From Dermatophilaceae bacterium (lineage in GTDB: Bacteria; Actinomycetota; Actinomycetes; Actinomycetales; Dermatophilaceae): a stretch of DNA of 64,000 bases. Shown here in pieces: positions 35,976-44,392 of the stretch. Both the position numbers and the translations under genes were made by a program. The number at the start of each line of letters is the position of its first letter. Position 1 is the stretch's first letter. The stretch lies in contig DAOTIG010000002.1 of the NCBI GenBank assembly GCA_035448065.1, positions 234-64,233 of the forward strand, given 5' to 3'. A model generated the notes under the pieces. The model ran no database searches. It worked only from the letters and a program-made list of their open reading frames with translations, and had not been told where the DNA came from.

Positions 35976-36038
35976 CCGGTATGCCGCGTGGTCGCCTTGC
36001 GGCCGCGCGGCCCGGGTGGCGGCCACGCGGCATACCGG
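35976..36038. terminator. Long inverted repeat after rtcB, made of two CCGGTATGCCGCGTGG motif copies
   Basis: CCGGTATGCCGCGTGGTCGCC (35976-35996) pairs with GGCGGCCACGCGGCATACCGG (36018-36038). 21 bp with one G-U, and a 21-nt GC-rich loop. Confidence 0.5.
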
Positions 36039-36061
36039 GTGCGGCTCGACCCGAGAAGCTG

Positions 36062-36120
36062 GCGCTTCACCCCAGGAGCTTCCTGGGGTGAAGCGCCGGT
36101 TTATCGGGTCACCCGATAAT
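36062..36120 (+). promoter_or_regulatory. Composite element, copy R: 35-nt hairpin plus the 21-bp palindromic box (TTTATCGGGTCACCCGATAAT)
   Basis: The hairpin GCGCTTCACCCCAGGA-gct-TCCTGGGGTGAAGCGC is at 36062-36096. The box is at 36100-36120, ending in GATAAT 6 nt before the GTG at 36127. Confidence 0.75.
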
Positions 36121-36126
36121 CAGCAG

Positions 36127-36990
36127 GTGGGCCAGGACCTGGTGCGGGTGGCGACCTTCAACGCCAACGGGATTCGCGCGGCGGTCCGGCGCGGCTTCGG
36201 CGACTGGCTCGCCACTCGCGGCTGCGACCTCGTCGCCGTGCAGGAGATGCGTTGCGGCACAGGCGATCTGCCCGACCTACCCGGCTATCACCTCGCCTAC
36301 GACCCCGGGTCACGGCCGGGCCGCAACGGCGTCGCCGTCTACTCCCGGATGCCGCCGGGTGCCACCCGGCTGATGGACCGGCGCGCCTTCGCCGACGAGG
36401 GTCGTTATCTCGAGGTCGACTACGACCTCGGCGGCGGTCGGCTGCTCACCGTCGTCTCGGTCTACGTGCCCAAGGGCGGCTGGGCCAGCACCGTCGGCCC
36501 GGACGCCGCCGGCGAGGCCCGCCGGCTCGCGCACAAGCAGCGCTTCTGCGCCTCGCTGACCCACCGCCTCGCCACAGCCCGCCGCACCGCCCAGGCCGCC
36601 GGCCGCGAGCTGCTCGTCATGGGGGACCTCAACATCGCGCACACCCCCCAGGACCTCGCCCGCGCGAGCGCCAACCGCCGGCAGGTCGGCTTCCTGCCGT
36701 GGGAGCGCGAGTGGCTCGGCGCGCAGCTCTCGCCCCGTCGGCTCGTCGATGTCGTCCGGCGCGTCCACCCCGACGCCCAGGGCCCCTACTCGTGGTGGCG
36801 CTGGGGCGCCGTCGGTCGGCCTGGCCCCTTCGAGGGCGACGTCGGCTGGCGGATCGACTATCACCTGGCCACGCCCGGGCTGGCCCGCCGTGCGGTCGCC
36901 GCGTCGACCGACAAGGGCGAGCACGCGGCATACCGGATGAGCGACCATGCCCCCGTCGTCGTCGACTACGACTGGCCGGCCGGCACCTGA
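36127..36990 (+). CDS. xthA: Exodeoxyribonuclease III (AP endonuclease family 1)
   Basis: (M)GQDLVRVATFNANGIRAAVRRGF...VAVQEMR...GDLNIAHTPQDL...MSDHAPVVVDY. Start at GTG 36127; in-frame GTGs at 36142 and 36148 are alternatives. Confidence 0.85.
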   Translation: MGQDLVRVATFNANGIRAAVRRGFGDWLATRGCDLVAVQEMRCGTGDLPDLPGYHLAYDPGSRPGRNGVAVYSRMPPGATRLMDRRAFADEGRYLEVDYDLGGGRLLTVVSVYVPKGGWASTVGPDAAGEARRLAHKQRFCASLTHRLATARRTAQAAGRELLVMGDLNIAHTPQDLARASANRRQVGFLPWEREWLGAQLSPRRLVDVVRRVHPDAQGPYSWWRWGAVGRPGPFEGDVGWRIDYHLATPGLARRAVAASTDKGEHAAYRMSDHAPVVVDYDWPAGT

Positions 36991-37045
36991 CCGCACCCCG
37001 ATCCGGTATGCCGCGTGGCTCACGCCGCGCAGCCCTTGCGTTTGT

Positions 37046-37061
37046 TACTGGCCAGTAGCAT
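37046..37061 (+). promoter_or_regulatory. 12-bp perfect palindrome TACTGGCCAGTA overlapping a -10-like TAGCAT, upstream of the acyl-CoA dehydrogenase gene
   Basis: The context is gttACTGGCCAGTAGCATcatgg. The palindrome is at 37046-37057 and TAGCAT at 37056-37061, about 75 nt before the ATG at 37137. Confidence 0.35.
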
Positions 37062-37136
37062 CATGGTGAGCGACCGCTTACCACGGCCCGGTGAGGTGCA
37101 CCCTCAGGCGGGCGGGGACGACGAAGGGCGACACCG

Positions 37137-39005
37137 ATGGGGCACTACAAGGCCAACGTCCGCGACCTCGAGTTCAACCTCTTCGAGGTGTTCAACCGGG
37201 GCGAGATCCTCGGCCAGGGCATCTACGAGGACGTCGACGTCGAGGCCGCCAAGGACATCCTGGCCCAGGTCGCCAAGCTCGCCGAGGGGCCGCTGGCCGC
37301 AAGCTTCGTCGACAGCGACCGCAACCCCCCGGTCTACGACCCGACCACGTGCTCGGTGACCATGCCCGAGTCGTTCACGAAGACCTACCGCGCCTACCTC
37401 GACGCCGAGTGGTGGCGGATGGACATCCCCGAGGAGCTCGGCGGCATGCGGGTGCCGCCGTCGCTGCGCTGGGCCACCGCCGAGATGGTCTGCGGGGCCA
37501 ACCCGGCCGTCCACATGTATGCCGCGACCTTCGCCTTCTCGCACATCATGTACGCCCTCGGCAACGAGGACCAGAAGAGGCTGGCCAAGCACACGATCGA
37601 CAATGCCTGGCACACGACGATGGTCCTCACCGAGCCCGACGCCGGCTCCGACGTCGGCGCGGGCCGCACCAAGGCGGTCCAGCAGCCCGACGGCACCTGG
37701 CACATCTCCGGCGTCAAGCGCTTCATCACCTCGGCCGAGTCCGACATGGTCGACAACGTCGTGCACCTCGTGCTGGCCCGGCCCGAGGGCGCCGTCCCCG
37801 GCACCAAGGGACTGTCGCTCTTCGTCGTGCCGAAGTTCCACGTCGACCTCGAGACCGGCGCGCTCGGCGAGCGCAACGGCGTCTATGTCACCAACGTCGA
37901 GCACAAGATGGGCCTCAAGGTCTCGACGACCTGCGAGGTGACCTTCGGCGACAAGCACCCGGCCGTCGGCACCCTGCTCGGCGACGTCCACGACGGCATC
38001 GCGCAGATGTTCCACGTCATCGAGGGCGCGCGAATGTTCGTGGGCACCAAGGCGATTGCGACGCTGTCGGCCGGCTACCTCAATGCGCTGGAGTACGCCA
38101 AGCAGCGTGTCCAGGGCGCCGACCTCACGACGCCGGCCAAGGACGCGCCGCGCGTGACGATCACCCACCACCCCGACGTGCGCCGCTCGCTCATGCTGCA
38201 GAAGGCGTATGCCGAGGGCCTCCGCGCGCTCATCGTCTTCACCGCCTGCCAGCAGGACGCCGTCGACCTGGCCACCGGCGGTGACCTCGGCGCGCACCCG
38301 CCGAAGGGCTCGCCGGCCGACGTCGCGGCCCGGATGAGCGACCTGCTGCTGCCGATCGTCAAGGGCCTGGGCTCCGAGCGGGCCTGGGTGCTGCTCGGCA
38401 CCGAGTCGCTGCAGACGCTCGGTGGCTCGGGCTTCCTGCAGGAGTACCCCATCGAGCAGTACATCCGCGACGCGAAGATCGACACCCTCTACGAGGGCAC
38501 CACGGCGATCCAGGGGCTGGACTTCTTCTTCCGCAAGATCGTCAAGGACCAGGGGCAGTCGCTCACGGCCCTGTCGATGCAGATGACCGAGTTCGCCAAG
38601 GACCTCGGCGTCGACAAGGGCGTGCTCGACCGCGAGCGCGAGCTGCTCGGCAAGGCGATCGAGGACGTCCAGGGCATCGTCGGCGTCTGCGCGGGAGCGG
38701 CCTTCGCATCCGACCCGCGCACCGGGGGCCAGCCGAGCAACCTCTACAAGGTCGGCCTCAACACGACCCGGCTGCTGCTCGGTGCCGGCGACCTCATCGT
38801 CGGCTGGCTGCTGCTGCGCCAGGCCGAGGTGGCGGTTCGCGCCATCGAGGCCGGGGCCAAGGGCAAGGACCTCTCCTTCTACCAGGGCAAGGTGGCGGCG
38901 GCGAAGTTCTTCGCCCGCCAGGTGCTGCCTCGTCTCGCGGCGGAGCGGGCGATGGCCGAGGCGACCGACCTGGACCTCATGGACCTGCCCGAGTCGGCCT
39001 TCTGA
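37137..39005 (+). CDS. Large acyl-CoA dehydrogenase (FadE5-like)
   Basis: [19 protein letters not shown]... 622 aa with ACAD N, middle and C domains plus a C-terminal extension. It resembles mycobacterial FadE5 (MSHYKSNVRD..., recalled from memory). Confidence 0.9.
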   Translation: MGHYKANVRDLEFNLFEVFNRGEILGQGIYEDVDVEAAKDILAQVAKLAEGPLAASFVDSDRNPPVYDPTTCSVTMPESFTKTYRAYLDAEWWRMDIPEELGGMRVPPSLRWATAEMVCGANPAVHMYAATFAFSHIMYALGNEDQKRLAKHTIDNAWHTTMVLTEPDAGSDVGAGRTKAVQQPDGTWHISGVKRFITSAESDMVDNVVHLVLARPEGAVPGTKGLSLFVVPKFHVDLETGALGERNGVYVTNVEHKMGLKVSTTCEVTFGDKHPAVGTLLGDVHDGIAQMFHVIEGARMFVGTKAIATLSAGYLNALEYAKQRVQGADLTTPAKDAPRVTITHHPDVRRSLMLQKAYAEGLRALIVFTACQQDAVDLATGGDLGAHPPKGSPADVAARMSDLLLPIVKGLGSERAWVLLGTESLQTLGGSGFLQEYPIEQYIRDAKIDTLYEGTTAIQGLDFFFRKIVKDQGQSLTALSMQMTEFAKDLGVDKGVLDRERELLGKAIEDVQGIVGVCAGAAFASDPRTGGQPSNLYKVGLNTTRLLLGAGDLIVGWLLLRQAEVAVRAIEAGAKGKDLSFYQGKVAAAKFFARQVLPRLAAERAMAEATDLDLMDLPESAF

Positions 39006-39057
39006 CCCCTCCCCGTCGCAGACCGGGGTCGCCTCGCCCGGCCCCGCGGGGGGCAGC

Positions 39058-39360
39058 TCAGCTGATCTCCGCGATGGCCAGATGGCCGACGTCGAAGCTG
39101 AGCCCGGCGATCCGGCGAAGCTCCTCGATCGCTTCGGCGGAGATCGACATCGCCTGCCGACTGCTGTCGGCGCGGACGAAGAGGACCGCGCGAATCGGGT
39201 CGGCCAATGCGGCTCCAACTGACTCGCCGTCGGCCACATAGACGTGGCCGACCCGCGGGTCCGCGCGGGTGAGTCCCCGCAACTCGGCCGCCAGGGCCGA
39301 CCGGTCGGTGGACCGGTCAGCCCTGGCCGCGACATGCAGGGCGACCTCGACGGGGTACAT
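39058..39360 (-). CDS. Hypothetical protein (100 aa)
   Basis: The ORF has moderately high GC3, lower than the core genes. It lies 30 nt downstream of the small secreted-peptide gene on the same strand. No recognisable motif. Confidence 0.45.
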   Translation of the reverse strand: MYPVEVALHVAARADRSTDRSALAAELRGLTRADPRVGHVYVADGESVGAALADPIRAVLFVRADSSRQAMSISAEAIEELRRIAGLSFDVGHLAIAEIS

Positions 39361-39390
39361 GGTTCACCTGCCCGCTCGACTCGAGCGGAG

Positions 39391-39603
39391 TCAGCCCCGC
39401 GGCGCGTGCGGCGGCCACCAGATGACCAAGGCCCCCTCGCCGGGAGCCTTGGTCGCCGAACCGGCCTGCGCTGCGGGGACGAGCCCTCCCGTGAGCCCGG
39501 CTGCGAGCAGCGTCACGCCGAGCATGCGGGCACCGAGCCGCGCTCGGCGCGGCCGGGCGCCCCGGACGACGGCGGGCGACGAGGTGGAGATGGACATGGA
39601 CAT
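39391..39603 (-). CDS. Small secreted peptide precursor (70 aa; predicted mature peptide about 23 aa)
   Basis: Internal ATG preceded by GGAGG 7 nt upstream. MSMSISTSSPAVVRGARPRRARLGARMLGVTLLAAGLTGGLVPAAQA / GSATKAPGEGALVIWWPPHAPRG: an Arg-rich n-region, an h-region and an AQA cleavage site. Confidence 0.5.
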   Translation of the reverse strand: MSMSISTSSPAVVRGARPRRARLGARMLGVTLLAAGLTGGLVPAAQAGSATKAPGEGALVIWWPPHAPRG

Positions 39604-39845
39604 GACTGCCTCCGGGGAGAGTTGGGGGGAGGCCGAGCAACGCCCGGCCAGTCCACTCTCACGGCGCGCCGGGGTCCGGCGCCAGCGATTCGAGCGGCCG
39701 GGACGGGCCATGACAGCAACCGGCCACCCGGCATACCCGAACGTTCGCAAGACGGCGGTGAGTCGCCTCGCTCACCTCTGCGAAAGTCGACACAGAAAGC
39801 GCAAATACACTGTCGCCGAGAATCCTCTCTCCCCAGGGGGCCGGC

Positions 39846-40826
39846 GTGTTGCAGCTTTTCGGCGTGGGCGCGCAAACCGAGCGCGTCTACCGAGCGATGT
39901 TGGCGAGCACCGAGGCCGATGTCGGCCAGCTCGCCGATGAATTGGGCCTGACCACCGAGCAGACCGTCGCCGAATTGGATCGGCTGGCCCAGCTCATGCT
40001 CGTCGAGCCGGCCGGCCCCCCAAGCCACTACATCGCCGTCCCGCCCGACCAGGCGATCGAGCTGCTCATCGCCCAGGAGGAAGCCCGGCTGGCCGAGCGG
40101 CAGGCCGAGATGAAGCGCAGCCGGGCCGATCTGCACGACTACGTCGAGACCTTCGTCGAGAGCCGGGTGACCCGCGACGGCCTCGGCCTCATCGAGCAGA
40201 TCGACGACGGCTCGGTGGTCCGCAGCCGGCTCTATCAGCTGGTGCGCGACGCGACGTCCTCGGTGCTCGTGCAAATGCCCGGCGATGCCCTACCCGCCGA
40301 CGCGGTGGCGGCCTCCTCCCGGCTCGATGCGGCGGTCTTAGGTCGCGGGCTGCTCGTGCGCTTCCTCGTCTCCGAGGCGTCGGCGCGGGCGCCACATTGG
40401 CTCGATCATCTGCGGGCGCAATCGGTGCAGGGTGCCGTGATTCGCCTTCATCCGGCACCACCATTGCATTGCATCATCGTCGACCGGCATGCCGCGCTCT
40501 TGCCCCGTTCCGACTCGGCGGGGGCCTTTCTGCTGCGTGGTCACGACATCGTGCAGCCGATCGTCGCGCTCTTCGACGAGATCTGGCGCGACGGTGACCC
40601 GCAGCCCGGGCCGGACGACACGACCGGGAGCCTGGTCACCGAGGCCCGGCTCCGGCAGATCGTCACCCTGCTCGCTCAGGGACACAAGGACGAGGCCATC
40701 GGGCGCAAGCTCGGTCTGTCGGTCCGCACCGTGCGTCGCCTCGTGTCGTCGGCGATCACCGAGCTGCAGGCCGAGAGCCGGTTCCAGGCCGGCGTCGAGG
40801 CGGTCCGCCGCGGCTGGGTGAGCTGA
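39846..40826 (+). CDS. LuxR-family transcriptional regulator (N-terminal TrmB-like wHTH, C-terminal LuxR HTH)
   Basis: N-terminus: GAQTERVYRAMLASTEADVGQLADELGLTTEQTVAELDRLAQLMLV. C-terminus: LRQIVTLLAQGHKDEAIGRKLGLSVRTVRRLVSSAITEL. Confidence 0.8.
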   Translation: MLQLFGVGAQTERVYRAMLASTEADVGQLADELGLTTEQTVAELDRLAQLMLVEPAGPPSHYIAVPPDQAIELLIAQEEARLAERQAEMKRSRADLHDYVETFVESRVTRDGLGLIEQIDDGSVVRSRLYQLVRDATSSVLVQMPGDALPADAVAASSRLDAAVLGRGLLVRFLVSEASARAPHWLDHLRAQSVQGAVIRLHPAPPLHCIIVDRHAALLPRSDSAGAFLLRGHDIVQPIVALFDEIWRDGDPQPGPDDTTGSLVTEARLRQIVTLLAQGHKDEAIGRKLGLSVRTVRRLVSSAITELQAESRFQAGVEAVRRGWVS

Positions 40827-40995
40827 CCGATACCGGCCATGGCCGCTGCAGGCCAGCCAGGTCGCTCGGCCTGAGCCACTCGGTGTCCCTACCGTCGGTG
40901 ACACGCCGCGGACCTCGCGGTCACCCACACAGCGCGACGCCGGGGATCCCTCCTGGACCAAACCGGCGCCGCGTTGCCTACCCAAGGAGTCAATC

Positions 40996-41268
40996 ATGCT
41001 CAGCACCTCTCCCACCACCGGTCGGCGCCTCTTCTCGGGGCTGCTGGCCTCCATCGGTCTGGCCGTCGGCGCTGCCGCGACGCTCTACATCGCCGGCGCA
41101 TTCGGCCTCAGCAAAACCACCGCGGCGAACATCGTCCGGGCCTACGAGATCGGCGGGTGGGTCCTCACCGCGGCACTCGTGATCTTCTCGGCGGGCACCG
41201 CCGCGGCGCTGCTCGCGGTGATCCGCTACTTCATCACCCGGATGACCCGCGCCGCCCTGGTCGCCTGA
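40996..41268 (+). CDS. Candidate circular (head-to-tail cyclised) bacteriocin precursor, circularin A/uberolysin/AS-48-like
   Basis: AAGGAG (40984-40989) lies 6 nt before the ATG. 90 aa: MLSTSPTTGRRLFSGLLASIGLAVGAAATLYIAGAFGLSKTTAANIVRAYEIGGWVLTAALVIFSAGTAAALLAVIRYFITRMTRAALVA. By memory, it resembles circularin A (AGALGVQTAAATTIVNVILNAG...KQSMARAIAY) and the AS-48 GGWV segment. Confidence 0.55.
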   Translation: MLSTSPTTGRRLFSGLLASIGLAVGAAATLYIAGAFGLSKTTAANIVRAYEIGGWVLTAALVIFSAGTAAALLAVIRYFITRMTRAALVA

Positions 41269-41855
41269 TGACCAGTCCGACGGTCACGCCGGCCACGGCT
41301 GCCGCCCACGTCACGCCAGCGCGGCGCGGTCTATCGCTCGAGCTCCGCGCAGCGTTGGCCGGAGCGGTGCTGCTCGCCGTCGTCGGCGTGACCGTCGGCT
41401 ACGCCGCCTTCGTCCCGGAGTCGATGGCTGGTGACCCCGTCTTCGCCCTGGACGGCCGCTCGGCACCGGCGATCTTCGTGCAGATCCTCGGCCGGAACGC
41501 CGGCGCCGCAGGCCTGCTCGCCTCGGGCTACGTCACCTTCGGGCTGAGCTCCGTCGCGGCCATCCTGCTGACCTCAACGTGGATCGGTGCCACAGTCCAT
41601 GCACTCGCGGCCGGGCCGACGGTGGCCCTGTCCGCCCCCACCGTGCTCTACATCGTGGCCGAGTTCGTCGGCCTGCTGCTCGCCGCAACTGCTGGCCTGC
41701 TCGCGCCAGCAGCACACGTCCTCGCCGCCGCCAGCTCGGGCAACCGGCCGCGGCGAGACATCACGGGGAGCTTCCTGCGCCTGCTTCTCGCCGCTGCCGC
41801 CTGCATCGTGGGCGCGGCCGCCGTGGAGACCGCCGTCATCCTGTCCCGACTCTGA
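41268..41855 (+). CDS. Multi-TM membrane protein, DUF95/SpoIIM-like (circular-bacteriocin maturation candidate)
   Basis: Start overlaps the precursor stop (TGATG). 195 aa with about 5 TM segments and the segment IFVQILGRNAGAAGLL, reminiscent of DUF95. The position directly after the precursor matches cir and as-48 loci. Confidence 0.5.
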   Translation: MTSPTVTPATAAAHVTPARRGLSLELRAALAGAVLLAVVGVTVGYAAFVPESMAGDPVFALDGRSAPAIFVQILGRNAGAAGLLASGYVTFGLSSVAAILLTSTWIGATVHALAAGPTVALSAPTVLYIVAEFVGLLLAATAGLLAPAAHVLAAASSGNRPRRDITGSFLRLLLAAAACIVGAAAVETAVILSRL

Positions 41856-41869
41856 CCCAGGAGCCATCC

Positions 41870-42433
41870 ATGTCCTCGACCCTCAACCTCGCGGCCGAGC
41901 CGTCCATCGCGGCCAGCTCCGGCCGGCCGCGGTCGCCGCGCGCCCCCTGGCTCATCGCGTATGCCGCGTGCGTCCTCGCCGTCCTGGCTCGCGTTCCGAC
42001 CGTGGCGACCTCGATCCGCACCATGGTGGACGAGGCGATCGCCGCCGGCACGCTCACCGATACCAGCCAGCGCCCGCTCGCGGTGAGCGTCGGGGTGACC
42101 CTCGCCGTCGCGCTCACCTGCACCGCGCTGGCGGTCGTGGTCGTCGTCCTGCGGCGACTCGAGGGCCGGCTCCGCCTGCCCACCGTCACGATCGGATCCG
42201 TCCGGCGGGTGCCGGGTGCCCTCGTCGTGCTCGTCGTCGTCTGGATGGCCAAGCAGCTGGCAGGGGCGATTCGTCAGCCCACGAGTCCGCTCACCGACCC
42301 GGTGATGTGGTTGGCCGCGGCGGCCGGATGCGCCCTCGCGGTCCTGCTCGTGAGTCGGGCGGCCCCCACGGACGCCCGCCGTCGGGTCCTGGTCACCGCG
42401 CTGCCCCTCGGCGTCGTGCTCGCCGCAATCTGA
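41870..42433 (+). CDS. Membrane protein (187 aa, about 4 TM), accessory or immunity candidate
   Basis: CAGGAG precedes the ATG at 41870. Hydrophobic segments WLIAYAACVLAVLA, LAVSVGVTLAVALTCTALAVVVVVL, ALVVLVVVWMA, WLAAAAGCALAVLLV. Confidence 0.55.
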   Translation: MSSTLNLAAEPSIAASSGRPRSPRAPWLIAYAACVLAVLARVPTVATSIRTMVDEAIAAGTLTDTSQRPLAVSVGVTLAVALTCTALAVVVVVLRRLEGRLRLPTVTIGSVRRVPGALVVLVVVWMAKQLAGAIRQPTSPLTDPVMWLAAAAGCALAVLLVSRAAPTDARRRVLVTALPLGVVLAAI

Positions 42434-42443
42434 GGAATCCGAC

Positions 42444-42827
42444 GTGCTCGAGCGATATGTGGTGCGACTCACCCGGCCGGTCGCAGCGCTGGGCGTCAGC
42501 TGCCTGGTCGCCGCCGTCCTCCTTGCCCACCGCGCCCCGACCGCCGCCTTCCAGGCCTATCCGGGGCTGTGGTGGAGTGCGGTGGCCGTCGCCGCCGGGT
42601 CTCTCATCGCGCTGTTGGCCGCCGGGCCGCGGCTCGGTCTGCGGCTGCGCGTGATCGTGCTCAGTGTCGGCGGGCTCGCGGGCGCTGTGCTGACCGGCAA
42701 CGGCCTGCAGGACGGTGCAGGGCGGGTCCTGACCCTGGTCGCCGTCCTCACCATGCTCGCCTTGGCGGTGGCAGCGACCGTCGTGCTCCTCGAGCGAATC
42801 CAGCGCACGCCCGTCCGGAGGCTCTGA
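42444..42827 (+). CDS. Small membrane protein (127 aa, about 4 TM), immunity candidate
   Basis: GTG start 10 nt after the previous stop. Sequence: MLERYVVRLTRPVAALGVSCLVAAVLLA... Hydrophobic with cationic ends. Confidence 0.5.
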   Translation: MLERYVVRLTRPVAALGVSCLVAAVLLAHRAPTAAFQAYPGLWWSAVAVAAGSLIALLAAGPRLGLRLRVIVLSVGGLAGAVLTGNGLQDGAGRVLTLVAVLTMLALAVAATVVLLERIQRTPVRRL

Positions 42828-44392
42828 TGGCCAGACTGTGGCTGCCGGCCGTGCGCGCGGCTGTCGACATGTGGGCGGTGCGCGTCCTCACCGGCTTCGG
42901 CACGACGTTGTCCGCCCGGACCTTCGAGCTGCTCGTCCTGATCGCCGCCGTGGTGAGTCTTCCCCTCATCGCTGCAGGCACCCTGCTGGTCACCACCTTC
43001 GGTGCCGTCCTGATCGCCGACGGCAGGACGGCCGACCCGCAGGTGGTGGCCGGCCTGGGCGCTCTGGTCGTCGCCGGGTGCGGCTATCTCGGCGCGGTGG
43101 ACCTGGCGCGCACCCATCTCGGAAGGGCGGCATACGCCATCTCGGGCTCGCCGCTGCGCGGCATGTGGGTCGCGGCAGACATCCCCCTACCGATCGTCGT
43201 TCTCGTAGAGCGCGGTAGCGGCCTGGTCCACCGCGCGCTGAGCCAGTCGGCAGCGACGATCGGCGCGGCAGTGGGGGTCGCCCGGACCCTCGGGCCGACG
43301 GACTCCCACCTCCCCGTCCAGGATCTGCTCGCGTGTGCCGTCCTCGGGCCGGTGGCCTATGCCGCGGCCGGGCTGGCGCTGGCTCTCGCCCATGGGCGTC
43401 GCAGCGGGCCACGTCGCTCTGCGCGCTGGCCGGGGGTGGTCGCCCTGGTTCTCGGCGCCGGCGCCACAGGGGTGGCAGCTGCCCGGCTGCTCGCCGGGCC
43501 GGCGACCGACCGGCTGGCGACACCGTCCCTGCCGCTCACGCTGCTCGCTCAGCAGCTCGGACCACTGCGGCTGGGCCTGTCGGCGGCGACCATGCTCGCC
43601 ATCGGGGCCCTCGTCGTGGCGATCGCCGGGGGCACCCGGTTCCGAGCGGCCGCCCCAGCCGCCCCGATGCTCGCCCCGGAGCCTCGACGCTGCGCCCTGC
43701 CCTCCGGTGGTGGGCTGAGCCGACCCGTGGCGCTTGCGGGCGTGCTCTGGCGGGGCATCGGCGGAGCACGCGGAGTCGACGTCGCCACCCGGGTCGTGGC
43801 TGCACTGGTGGCGGTCACCCTCGCCGTCGTCGGGTGGCGGTGGGCCGGTGGGCCGGTGCTGCCGACCGGCGCGCGAGCGGCGGCCGCGGCTGCTCTCGTA
43901 TTCGTCGCGATCACCGTGGCCATGACGGTCAGCGCGGTGACCCTCATGCGACTGGGATTGACCCGATTGCTGTGGCAGCTGCGCGCACTGGCCGAGGCCA
44001 AGGTCCCGGCGCCGGCGATGTTCTGGGCCGTCGCGGCCCCCGCCCTCGGCTACGGCACGATCGCCGCCCTGGCCATCGCCGTCCTCGCCGTCGCGCTCGG
44101 AATCGGCCTGCCGACCGGCGCGATGCTCGCGATCGCAGCGACGATCGCCTCCGAGCACCTCATCGACGCCCTCTGCGCCCGCAGTGACGCCGGGGAGGGC
44201 CGCCGGGCCACCGACAGCGTTCTCGCGGTCCTCGGATTCGTCGCGCTCGTCCCCATCTACCTCCTGGGCGTCGCGCACGGATGGCCCGCGCACGCCGCGC
44301 TCGCCCTGCTCACCTGTCTCGCCGTCATCGGAGGTCTCGCATGCTTCGCGTTCCGTCTCCAGCGTCTGCCCGTCCGGCTCAGCCAGCCATGA
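42827..44392 (+). CDS. Large polytopic membrane protein (521 aa), CirB/As-48B-like in size and position
   Basis: Internal ATG overlapping the previous stop (TGATG, 42825-42829). At least 10 predicted TM segments, Ala/Leu/Val/Gly-rich. Confidence 0.6.
   Translation: MARLWLPAVRAAVDMWAVRVLTGFGTTLSARTFELLVLIAAVVSLPLIAAGTLLVTTFGAVLIADGRTADPQVVAGLGALVVAGCGYLGAVDLARTHLGRAAYAISGSPLRGMWVAADIPLPIVVLVERGSGLVHRALSQSAATIGAAVGVARTLGPTDSHLPVQDLLACAVLGPVAYAAAGLALALAHGRRSGPRRSARWPGVVALVLGAGATGVAAARLLAGPATDRLATPSLPLTLLAQQLGPLRLGLSAATMLAIGALVVAIAGGTRFRAAAPAAPMLAPEPRRCALPSGGGLSRPVALAGVLWRGIGGARGVDVATRVVAALVAVTLAVVGWRWAGGPVLPTGARAAAAAALVFVAITVAMTVSAVTLMRLGLTRLLWQLRALAEAKVPAPAMFWAVAAPALGYGTIAALAIAVLAVALGIGLPTGAMLAIAATIASEHLIDALCARSDAGEGRRATDSVLAVLGFVALVPIYLLGVAHGWPAHAALALLTCLAVIGGLACFAFRLQRLPVRLSQP

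Noticed and set aside
34571-36120. Classical insertion sequence or transposon carrying rtcB
   Set aside because: No transposase, integrase or recombinase gene lies between or beside the inverted elements, and no obvious target-site duplication is present. I kept it only as an alternative explanation in the finding.
36100-36120. Match of the palindromic box to the mycobacterial RecA-independent (PafBC) promoter motif tTGTCRgtg-N8-TAnnnT, or to the LexA box TCGAAC-N4-GTTCGA
   Set aside because: TTATCGGGT shares only about 6 of 9 positions with TTGTCRGTG, and the downstream spacing does not place a TAnnnT hexamer correctly. There is no resemblance to the LexA box. The identity of the regulator is therefore left open.
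37104-39335. 743-aa minus-strand ORF
   Set aside because: It is antisense to the well-supported acyl-CoA dehydrogenase. No motifs were seen, and its 5' part would also swallow the separate 100-aa gene frame.
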